A stretch of 63,448 nt of DNA, counting the filler, from Octopus bimaculoides (Eukaryota): assembly GCF_001194135.2 (NCBI RefSeq). It is 4 parts of 4 records of this genome, joined end to end, with 100 filler letters (N's around TTAATTAATTAA, not from the genome) between each part and the next. Parts side by side here need not be neighbours in the genome. Positions count along the whole stretch, not along the records: positions 1 to 27,115 come from NC_068990.1; positions 27,216 to 55,321 come from NC_068981.1; 2 more parts are not named here. One strand, written 5' to 3'. Position numbers and translations under genes: made by a program. The notes beneath the pieces were generated by a model that was given only the letters and a program-made list of their open reading frames with translations, searched no databases and had not been told where the DNA came from. Positions within the stretch are counted from its first letter, which is position 1, and each line of letters starts with the position of its first letter. Shown here one piece after another: positions 25,901 through 36,896 of the stretch.

Positions 25901-26860
25901 TTCCGTTAATAATTGTGCGTACTTTCCGTGTCGATCTCATTACGAATTCAGAGAATTTTAATTTTTGATACTTTTTCACAACGATTTTCACGTGGATTGA
26001 TAGGGTGTACAAGTTCATATGTAAAATATACTGAGGACATACACACTATCTAAACAGGGCGTTTAGCGTAGATTAATAAGGTTTAGTAAGGTTATAGCGA
26101 TGATGAAAACTAGAATGCAGGGAGAGTATATTATAAACTCAGAAGTGGTGCTTAAAAAAGCCATTGCTACCGACTCACGCGCAGCGACATTTGTCCGCGA
26201 ACAATTCTTCACCAGGATGCATGAATAAAATGCTGATAGAGCTAAAGCACGTGTTCTAAGACAGGAAGGGATAAAAGCTGTTCAAATCGGCCCGACAGAT
26301 GGAGGTACAACATGGAAATAAAGCCCCAATTTAATCTTTGGTGGACTATAACGGAAGTGTGTTACTCAGCACCAAGCAGACACGAACGCCTTCTGAGCAG
26401 CATTTTGCTCGGGACGAGTGATGAGCCGGAATTAAGGATGGATTTCATTGCTTACTACTACGGCGTATATAAACTGTCTTACTGGATCGGATATTCTAGG
26501 CAACACACGTTTTCGTGACAAACCAATATCTTTTTTATAAAAAATAGCATTGTATCCAAAACTCTATTGTTGTTACCTTGAATATTTTCCAAATTAATGC
26601 AAAATAAAGAAATGCATTACTGAAATATTCGACGAAATGATTGTTGAAATTATTGTTATACTGGGGGATGGTTGTATTTTGCCAATTAAACACAACAACA
26701 AGAATAATAAAATTATAATAATAATAATAATAATTATGATAATAATAATAATCTCCCAGACAACCATGCAATGGGTTGTAAATCATCAAAATTGCAATTG
26801 CTTCCAGACAGGTGCAAGGAATTGGCAGGAGATTCAGAGTGCCAGTGACAATGAACAAGT

Positions 26861-27115
26861 AACTGTAGAATATGTGGAGATGGACAAGAAACAATAAATC
26901 ATATTATCTCTGGCTGCCCAGTCCTGGCTAAGAAGGAATATATTCACAGACACGACAGAGCTGGGACCTATATACACTGGAAGCTATGCCAACACTATGG
27001 AATAACAACAGAAAAAAGATGGTATAAACACACGCCAGAAAAGGGCACAGAAAACGAGAACGCAACCATACTCTGGGATATGCCAATACACACAGATAGA
27101 GAAATTAAGGCAAAT
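26861..27115 (+). mobile_element. R4/Dong-like CCHC zinc knuckle and start of RLE domain (runs into gap)
   Basis: Open frame NCRICGDGQETINHIISGCPVLAKKEYIHRHDRAGTYIHWKLCQHYG...ATILWDMPIHTDREIKAN. An (AAT)n tract lies ~110 bp upstream. Confidence 0.85.
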
Positions 27116-27215
27116 NNNNNNNNNNNNNNNNNNNNNNNNNNNNNNNNNNNNNNNNNNNNTTAATTAATTAANNNNNNNNNNNNNNNNNNNNNNNNNNNNN
27201 NNNNNNNNNNNNNNN
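27116..27215. other. Artificial 100-nt gap spacer (44 N + TTAATTAATTAA + 44 N); also at 55322-55421 and 60193-60292
   Basis: Identical 44/12/44 layout three times. The 12-mer is palindromic and has TAA in all six frames. Confidence 0.95.
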
Positions 27216-27602
27216 ACTACAGATGACATCATTTGGAACCACAAGAAATTTAACTGAGGCAGCATTCATCCAAACTTTCAAGATCCAACCTCAGATTTAT
27301 CATCGCATTGTCTCTCTACTACCTCTGTCAAATGAATCACCAAAATTGGCCTTTCATTATTTATAATATGTACCTGTTTGTTTGGTTACGAAATAAAATA
27401 CACAAAACGTGTTTCTGAATTACGTGTATTTACTTTATATACATATGAGTTGAAAACTTTCTTCTAGCATTCCACTTAATATCTATGTTCCATGCTGGCA
27501 TGGATTGGAGAGTTAGTAATGTAGAAATATGGTATCGTAGCTACTAACAGTTGAGGGTTGCGTAGTCTAGACGGCGTTTTTAGATTTCATTACTCTCTTT
27601 AA

Positions 27603-27630
27603 CCCGGGCAACGCCGGGTGTTTCTGCTAG
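27603..27630 (+). mobile_element. Helitron-like 3' terminus
   Basis: GC hairpin cccgg-gcaacg-ccggg, 8 nt spacer, CTAG, followed by T. Confidence 0.6.
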
Positions 27631-27664
27631 TATTACTATATATGTGTGTTTCTACATACACACA

Positions 27665-27848
27665 AAGTACGAAGACCTGAAATTTTAGGCTAGAAAGACT
27701 GATACGTATTTTATTAACTACAATAGGATGAAAGGCAAATCCGACCTAGGCTGGATATGAACTCAGAACATCAAGATTTAGTCGCATTTCGTCCAGCGTA
27801 ATAACGATTCTGCCATCCCGCCACCTTAAGAAAAAACAAATTTGCCTC

Positions 27849-27879
<31 letters not shown>

Positions 27880-29095
27880 AGGGGAGGGGGTCAATTACAT
27901 TGACCCCCTCCCCTACACACACTTATACTTAGGTTATCGACTCAACTGGTACTTATGTTATCGACCCAGAAAAGCTGAAAGACTGAATGGCAAAGTCCAC
28001 TTCAGCGGAATTTGAACTCAGAACGAAAGACGGACGAAATACCGCTAAGCATTTTGCCCTGCGTGCTGACGATTCTGCTACCTTATAGCATTTGGAAACT
28101 ACAAATAATGTTACTACCTGTGACACATAACCTGAAAGTTGGAGGGATTATTTGCCGTGAAAATCGTCTACAGTACTTCACTGGTATTTCATTTTTCCGA
28201 CCTTAGAAGGATTAAAAGTAGAATTGATTCTGGCATGATTTAAACACGGGACGTCCTTTAGTCAATAAATAACTTAAGATATTTTAACCAAGGCTATAAC
28301 AATTCTACTATTCCATGCATCACACTACTCATCTATTAATAAAACTGGTATTAATACCTAACAAATGCACATGTCTATAAAAATGATATGGTAAATAGTA
28401 AATACAGATTGTGATAGTACATGTTTGGTATTTGTATTATCGATCCTTGACGATCAATAATACAAATACCAATCAATGACGCCACAGGCGTGATATGAAG
28501 TTGAAACATAAAAGAACTTAAAACTCCTCAAAAATTACTTTTTCTCGGCCCCCTACCAATACACCAACTACAATAATTGTTTCAAATGTTGACATAAGGC
28601 TAGCATATTTAGGCTAACTAAATGAGGCGTGCTGGTGGCGGTGGTGGTAACGGTGCAGGTTCGGGGCTAGTCGATTACATTGCTCAGCACTTGACTGATA
28701 CTTTATTTTATGGACACCGGAGAGATGAAGAATAAAGTTGACCTCGGCAGAATTTGAACTCAGGACACAAAGATTGCCGCTGTACTTACCAACCGTAATT
28801 ATTCTTCTGATTTTGGCACAAGCTCAGCAATTTTGAGGAGAGTGGGGCAAGTTGACGCCAGTTTTTGACTGATTCTTATACTATCAACGCCGTAAGAATG
28901 AAAAGTAAATTGGACCTCAGCGAAGTTTGAACCAGGCACGTAAAAACTCGGAAGAAATACTGTAAACCATTCTGCCCGACGTGCTAACAGCACTGTCAGC
29001 TCGCTGCCTTCTATATATTAAAACCAGTTATGCTTTCTGCAGACACAAAGCCCGATTTTGTGTATTCAAGTCGATTACATCAACTCCCTTGCTCC
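27665..29095 (-). mobile_element. Cluster of five to six same-strand copies/fragments of the ggcggcgagc-headed SINE
   Basis: Approximate copies at 27665-27830, 27880-28085, 28120-28320, 28570-28790, 28797-29010 and 29015-29095. They share variants of gaatttgaactcagaac / gatgaaaggcaaagtcgacc on the plus strand. Confidence 0.7.
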
Positions 29096-30241
29096 AACAA
29101 ATATAATGGGGTAAGTTCTTAGACGCCCGCATTATAAGAATATTATCATAAAACCTTATACAAAAACTGTATACTTCTACCCCTAGCATAAATCATTGAT
29201 AGAAAACATAGAAAGCCAAGACTATCCATCTTTACGTCGAATACAAAATTTGCGAAGAGGCGAAGTAACGTGTTTCGAAAGAGTTTGCCAACAAAACGTA
29301 AATGTAATAAAGCTAAGTTAAAAAAGAAAAATGTTTAAAGAAAATTAATCTAAGGGAAATAACTCTTAACATTTATTAAATTTTATGTCCCCTGAACGAT
29401 TTATTAGTTGCATATACTTGTGGCATATATTATAACGCTAGTTTAAAAGCCGCACTCTGTGCGAACTCCTAGTTTAGCTTGTGCAGAGGGCTAATTGTAT
29501 CTGCGGACCAAAACTAAAGAGACCAAAACAAATATACCACACACACATGCACACACACACTACACTGAACTGTAAGACCAGTCGAATACCCCACCAAATC
29601 ACGACAGACTGGCTCAAAAACAAAAATATCCTTTTGATTCCACAAACTATTCGAAATCAGATCATGTGACTGATCCCAATCAACCTCCCATAATATTTCT
29701 AAAAATAGCAACCATCCTTGCAAAACACATATACAAGACAGGAGATAAAGAAAAATGACTGGTCATTTCTCTAAAATCCTTATAAACTATTATTTCTAAT
29801 GAACTTTTGACAAAGCAATACACACTTTCTCCTATTAAATATTGTGTACAAATTCTTTCTGTATATATTCTTATCAACAATTATGATTCCTGTTGAACTT
29901 ATAAACAATTATGAACTTATTTTATTCCCTATTTTGAACACTTTTATGTAAACTGTTCAAACATACAGCGTCTCTAAAGATTTTTTTTATCATTGTCAAA
30001 GATTCTATTTCTTAACATTTTCTTATTGTCAAAGTCTCCATCACCGTATTTTCATACATCTATGTTAACTAGTTTTTAACACCAGAATTTTAATACCTTG
30101 AACTTTACTTTGAAAATCTTTTTCGAAAATGTGAACCCGGTCATGTCAATAAGCATCTTTAAAAGACCTCTGCATTTTCAAATCCTCTTCCCAATATATT
30201 TTCACTCATGCGGTACCTTCCATTTTTACTTTGATGTGTGA

Positions 30242-30285
<44 letters not shown>

Positions 30286-30957
30286 NNNNNNNNNNNNNNN
30301 NNNNNNNNNNNNNNNNNNNNNNNNNNNNNNNNNNNNNNNNNNNNNNNNNNNNNNNNNNNNNNNNNNNNNNNNNNNNNNNNNNNNNNNNNNNNNNNNNNNN
30401 NNNNNNNNNNNNNNNNNNNNNNNNNNNNNNNNNNNNNNNNNNNNNNNNNNNNNNNNNNNNNNNNNNNNNNNNNNNNNNNNNNNNNNNNNNNNNNNNNNNN
30501 NNNNNNNNNNNNNNNNNNNNNNNNNNNNNNNNNNNNNNNNNNNNNNNNNNNNNNNNNNNNNNNNNNNNNNNNNNNNNNNNNNNNNNNNNNNNNNNNNNNN
30601 NNNNNNNNNNNNNNNNNNNNNNNNNNNNNNNNNNNNNNNNNNNNNNNNNNNNNNNNNNNNNNNNNNNNNNNNNNNNNNNNNNNNNNNNNNNNNNNNNNNN
30701 NNNNNNNNNNNNNNNNNNNNNNNNNNNNNNNNNNNNNNNNNNNNNNNNNNNNNNNNNNNNNNNNNNNNNNNNNNNNNNNNNNNNNNNNNNNNNNNNNNNN
30801 NNNNNNNNNNNNNNNNNNNNNNNNNNNNNNNNNNNNNNNNNNNNNNNNNNNNNNNNNNNNNNNNNNNNNNNNNNNATAGATATATATATATATATATGTA
30901 TATACATATATATGTATATATATAAGGAGAGAGAAACTGAAAGAGTATCGTAGACAT

Positions 30958-31370
30958 TGCTGTGTCATTGGGAAGCTTACTTCTCAACCATGTAGTCGTG
31001 GGTTCAAACCTTCAGAGTGGTGTTTGTGTTGATTGTCTCCCACCACTGCTTGTCACCCGATGTTAGCTTGTTTACGGCCCTATAACTTGCGCCTCGGTAA
31101 AGGATACCAAAAGAATAAGTAATAAGCTTAAGCATTAAATATTGGGATAGATTCGTTCCACTAAATATTTCAAGGCGTGAAATCTGTGGGTAGTGGGCTA
31201 GTCGATCGTATCAACCCCAGTGCTCAACTGGTACGTATTTTATCGATCCGAAAGGATGGAAAGCAATGTTGACCTCGGCAGATTCTGAATTCAGACTGTA
31301 AAGCCGGGTGAAATGCCATTAAATATTTGTCCGGCTTTGTAATGATCCTGCAAACTAACTGCCCTAAGCA
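30958..31370. mobile_element. Plus-strand deletion derivative of the bipartite SINE followed by a minus-strand ggcggcgagc-family SINE
   Basis: The head is joined directly to the 3' half (30958-31150). A reverse copy with atcgatccgaaaggatgg...gacctcggcag lies at ~31190-31370. Confidence 0.6.
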
Positions 31371-33029
31371 GTAGTGGTAATTGTGGTGGTTTTAATTTTG
31401 TGTTGTCCTAAAATGAAATTAATGATTGTTTCTTTGACAATGTTAGTGTCTGCGCTCTGGTAATTGAATACAATAGTTTCATATGTCCATTAGATGGTTT
31501 TCTGGAGGCCTCTAGTCATAGAAGCTGCACATATTTGATATAGGGTATCCACTTTCAATGTGGATAACGTTTATGAATTGAGGATTAAAGAGAAGTGAAG
31601 ATTTGGCTGTGTCAATTCCACTGGAGTGCAATGTTAAAAGCAACATGGAAAAAGTCATTAATGAATATAGTGAAGAGTAAAATTAGCCACCGATCTCGGT
31701 GACACACATACATTGATTGAGTGTAAAAGCAAAATCCCATCTATTCATTCTGCGATGTTGCGATGTAAAAGGAATTTCCCAGTTAAATAAACGAGTGCTG
31801 AATATGCGGGTACGGCTGTTTTATTATTTTTTTTTTTGAAGCTATAAAGGTCGTCTTTCCCATTATATTTTTCTTGTAATTTTTAAAATTTTGTTGCTAT
31901 TTTCTTCGGGAATTACAATGAAATACTTTCGTGTTGCGTTGTTTAGTATTGTATGAAAATAGGAATTCAGCGAAAGATGAAATAAAATATACTTTAGATA
32001 TTTTACTGAATGCACTAAGACAGAAAACTCTCGTAAGTGAAACATAGTCACTGACGTTTGCACTTTTTCAAGTCATTATAAGTGTAAGTGAAGTGGCTTA
32101 ATTGTCAATTATCAAAAGTCTATTAAGGATTTGGTGCTATATGAACGCATGTTTTGTTCTGTGATCCTTAGGTGTTAGGAATCATATTAATATGATAAAC
32201 TTAGTCAATTTTTTATGGCATTCAAGCAAATTTTTGCGTATTTTTAATAGTGCAAAAGTAAAATAGAAAAGCGGTTGATAAGCAATTGTCTCCTTCCAAA
32301 TATCTTTTTGTAAAAAGGCAATACATTAGAGAACTTTATGTACAGTCAAGTATAATCAATATCGTTTAGCGTTAACGAAATCTTCGAGTATTGGAATCAA
32401 TAAAGATAACAACTGGTAGCAATAATCGATCTAATCGCTTATCACCACATCAACACTACATCTTTGAGTAGTGTATCTAGAACAAATCAAATTTGCGACA
32501 CCATTTCTAATCAAAGCGACAATCAGAAGAGGATTTAATTGCACCAATTTCAAACAGAGAGAGATTAGTTTTAGATATATTATATTCTCTAATATTCATA
32601 AAAATAAACTGTAACTATTCAAGATTTCTGCACATAGATTGAAGAGGACCATTTTATTTTAACCTTTTAATTAAGAGACAATACCAGAGCCCAATCTCCA
32701 GAGCCTCAAAACCTGGAGAGAATAAAATATCCTAATGATCTGAATGTATTCAACTGGCTGAAATGTACTAAATATACAGATACTGATGTTGAATCGTCTT
32801 AGACATAGCATCACATTTGTCACAGAATAAAAAATGCAGACTCCATGTTCTGAAGTTCAACACATTTTCGATTCGACCAGTATCATACTACAGGACGCAC
32901 ACACACGTACACACACACACACACACACTCACGCACACACAAATAAAGTCAGCACTGACTCGAATAGAAACAACAGATGCATCGATTGTCACAACACTAC
33001 TAATATCTATGGTATTTGTTGAGGCTGCA

Positions 33030-33430
33030 AGCATTTTGACCGTCTTTACATTCTGAATTCAAATTCCGTCATGATCCCCTTTGCTATTTATCCTTCGGAG
33101 TCCATAAAATAAGTACCAGTTGGCTACTGGGTTTGATGTAATCGACTAGCCTCAGTCCGGAAATTGCTAGCCTTGTGCCAAAATTTCAAACTAATATTAC
33201 TTGTATGTGTAATGGCAGCGAACTGCCAGAAATGTCAGCACTCTGGACGAAATGCTTAGCGGCATTTCGTCCGTTGCTATGTTCTGAGCTCAAATTCTGA
33301 CGAGGTCGACTTTACCTTTCATAATTTTGGGGTTGATAAGATAAGTACTAGTTGAACTTTGGGGTCAATGCAATCGACTTAACCCTCCCCTAATATTCTT
33401 GGCCCTGTGACAAAATTTGAAATCAGTGTT
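33030..33430 (+). mobile_element. Two tandem ggcggcgagc-family SINE copies
   Basis: A partial copy at 33030-33200 and a near-complete copy at 33216-33430 (ggcagcgaactgccagaaatgtcagc...gctcaaattc...ggccctgtgacaaaatttgaaa). Confidence 0.75.
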
Positions 33431-34084
33431 ACATGTAATTGCTTTATTGAGTAAAAATGGAAACTGTGAGAAGGGGAGATAGATTGACGAAGAAAGTTAA
33501 AAGGAAACAAAATAAATGTGAAATATGGAGACATAATTAGGAAAAAAGAAAAAAAAAATGAAATGATTTGAAAAGTAATAGAGAAACAGAAAAAACAAGA
33601 AAAGTGGAATGAGTCGATAGCTATGATAAAATTCTCTCTAGACTCCATCGAGAAGCATGAAAAACAATTTTAAAATTAATTATAACCTGTTTATTGTTGA
33701 CAGGAATAGAAGCTATCTGAAAATAATTACATTATTAAAATTTTAGTTCACTAGACATTGATAAAAATTATTTTAACTTCTTTGGCAAAAAATAAAAAAT
33801 TGAAGCTATTTCAGTCATACTATTATTACATCAGAACAACATATTCTTTAAAATAAGGTTAAATTACTAACTTCCATTCTTCCCGAAATTATAAAAATAT
33901 ATCCTAGTAAATGACTAATATTTTATTGTATTTTCCTTTTCTCTAATGATTTCCAGCTAGGGTGAAAAATGATCCTAACGATAACTAATCTGACTACATA
34001 TTTATTCAAATTCCTTAGCCATGTATTCAAGGAGCTATTTCACTTTCGTCACAAACAGATATCACAACCAAAATAATCTTTTAA

Positions 34085-34422
34085 AAATTATCTTTTACTT
34101 GTTTCAGTCCTTGGACTGTGGCGATGAAAGGGCACAACCTTCAAGAGTTCAGTTCAACAAATCGATCCCAAAACCTAATATTTATTAAGCCTAATACTTA
34201 TTCTATCGGTATCTTTTTATCGAGCGGCTAAGTTATAGATGACGTACACAAACTGACACCGCTTTTTAAGCGGTGGTTGGGAGCAAACACAAACACGAAG
34301 AGGCACATACATAAACACATACATACATACATACATACATACATACATGCATACATACATATAGGTGTCTTCTACTATAGCCTTGTCAAAAGATTAGATA
34401 GACGGAAACTGATAGAAGTCCG

Positions 34423-34425
<3 letters not shown>
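34085..34425. mobile_element. Chimeric bipartite-SINE pieces around an (ATAC)n microsatellite
   Basis: Reverse 3' half at 34085-34320, then a forward gtgtcttctactatagcc...gacggaaactg piece at 34365-34425. Confidence 0.6.
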
Positions 34426-34472
<47 letters not shown>

Positions 34473-34522
34473 ATGGGATAAAGAGATCAACGATATAAGT
34501 AAAATTATATTTTATGTAGAAA

Positions 34523-34571
34523 GTCTTACAGCTGTTTCAGGTAAAATTCAATGTATCCCTTTATCGGAGAC
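34523..34571 (-). ncRNA. Second, more decayed copy of the hammerhead-like motif
   Basis: GTCT-CCGATAA-AGGGATA cattgaat TTTACCT-GAA-ACAGCTGT-A-AGAC. Same 49-nt length as 16040-16088, with a G8A change and two stem II mismatches. Confidence 0.4.
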
Positions 34572-34879
34572 GGTAAAAGTAGAAGAATGGATTATTACAG
34601 CTATATGAGGAGATTTGTAGTAAGAAATAGCGATGCGTAAAAGAAAGAAAAAGAAGAAAAAGTACTTGGAGTACAGTTCCATTCCAACAGTAAACATCCA
34701 TGTAAAGAATCCGTATGGGTATTTTCCAGAGACGATTATAGTTACAATGGTGGATATATATCATATCGTATCCAGTTTACTCTGTGCGTTGTTTACTTAA
34801 AGGACAGTCCGAAGTGAGTCACTCACGCATATGTTAAATGAATTCTTTTAACATATGCGTATTACTTCATTTATTAAAT

Positions 34880-34912
<33 letters not shown>

Positions 34913-34934
34913 ATGTGTGTGTATGCATGTGTGT

Positions 34935-35022
<88 letters not shown>

Positions 35023-35325
35023 TCTCCAACACCGTTTGGTGGCCGATGTTGGTATACTTGTATATCCCTGACTTGGTTGTTCGGCAAAAGAAAGCGATAG
35101 ATTAAATTCCAGTACTGAAAAAATTGAAGTCCCTGGGTCGATTTGTTCGACCAACATATTCTCTAAAGCGGTGCCCCAGCATGGCCATAGTCTAATGACT
35201 CAAACATGTGATACATAAATCCATCAGAATGCTTTGATCGGCCCAAAGCCATACTAGAAGACACATACCCAATGTGCCACGCAGTGGGACCGAACCCAGA
35301 AACATGTGGCTGGAAAGCAAGAATC
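34880..35325. mobile_element. (TA)n/(GT)n microsatellite plus bipartite-SINE 3' half (+) and head (-)
   Basis: 3' half at 35020-35200 (gttcggcaaaagaaagcgatag...gcggtgccccagcatggcc). Reversed head at 35215-35325. Confidence 0.7.
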
Positions 35326-36510
35326 TTGTAATACAACATAAACTCATATAGGAAGAGCCAACTGTAGCTGACTTAATATCTAAAAAGTGTGTGAGTAAAC
35401 AGGTTATACAGAGAAATTATAGAAGACCTAGAGAGACAATGATGGAGCCTCTAGGAAGCCAACGTAAATATTTTTCGTGTGCCAATGAAAAAGTACCTAC
35501 CAATGCGACGAATTTTAGGCGGTTGCATAACCTATTGGTAATACTAGCTAAATATGTTCATGTGACAATTTACTGCCTTTCAAAATGACATATATGGTAA
35601 TGTTCGGAGTCCATGGAATCTTGAAAAAGACCAAATCGTCATGGCTAGAATGCTTTTGGATATAAATATCTTCTTCCGATCTGACACGGAAGAACGAGTA
35701 ACAACTAAAAACGTGTCCTAAATGCATTTGTTGTTCAAGAAACGGTGCCTCGTTTTGATTACCTTCACGATCATATTCTATAAGTAATACATGAATATTG
35801 TTTAGCCAGCTAGGTATTCCCGCTTTGCAAAAATTAACAACAAATTAAAGTGTCCTCGTAACATACATTGTAAATTACTTGTGGAATATTACTTACAATT
35901 ATTTAGTTATTTCGGTTCGATAAATGGAAGAAAGAAAACCACATTTTCCTGTTTATATCCTATACCAATTTCCTGACTGATGTGTAGGTTCACAAAATAG
36001 ATATAAACCATTCCTTCTGCTTTTTCCTCTACCTGTTCAGTTTTGTAGATACTGAATGTAGTTGTTTGCAGAAATACCCTGCTTTGTGCATATTTTAGAA
36101 ATAGTATGTGACAATAGGTAGCGCATTAAAAGTACATTTATATTCTTAAGAAAAGTGCATCGTAATCTGTCAATCCAGCTGAACACACGCCCTAGTATTG
36201 AAATACTCCAAGCCATTATTATTTCTTCAGTTGATAATTGTTTTTATTTTTGGCCCACTTCATTGCACTATATGTTTTTTTTAAATATTTTTATATTATG
36301 TATCATCTATATATGAAGAAAAGGAAACGTAAAGTGATAGTTTAGGGCCATACGTCCTATCTAAGTACAATATTCATGTTTATGATACCTTCTATATCGA
36401 TGATGATCATACGCAATGTTTTAATATATATCTGCTATACAGGTGCAATTGAAAAGAAATAAATTTAATCGAATCTATGAGGAAGATTGGAAACAAAGAA
36501 GGCTGAAAAT

Positions 36511-36591
36511 TTTATTAGAAAATTCATGAGAACGTTGACATATAGTGCTTATTCATATAATCATATACAAAGTCCTAAATCAAATTTTATT
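36511..36591 (-). promoter_or_regulatory. Candidate polyadenylation signals (AATAAA x2) for the chitin-binding gene
   Basis: Minus-strand AATAAA at 36591-36586 and 36516-36511, ~310-390 nt after the stop. The context is AT-rich, so chance occurrence is possible. Confidence 0.35.
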
Positions 36592-36896
36592 TTATAGTTA
36601 ATAAAATGAGATAACTGTCACGTTAACCCTGTTGTTTAATATGCCTTAATTCCATGACTTAAATCATAGCTGGATACTGTAAAAAGGTATTAGTAAATAA
36701 AGAAAAAAGTAGCGAAAGAAAATAGATATCTATAGCAACGGTTCCCAGTATTTCAACATAGTATTTGAAACTATAATACATAGTTAATAAAAGTTTCTCA
36801 GATGGCTACAAAACTTAAACTTTAAAATGTTAACAGCTTTTTCTTCTACGATTAGATACTTTACATATTTTAGGAATTATTTTTGAGAATAGGGAT

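Noticed and set aside
27160-27171. TTAATTAATTAA islands inside N runs (also 55366-55377, 60237-60248)
   Set aside because: Identical 44N-12-44N format three times with stops in all six frames. This is an assembler spacer, not biology.
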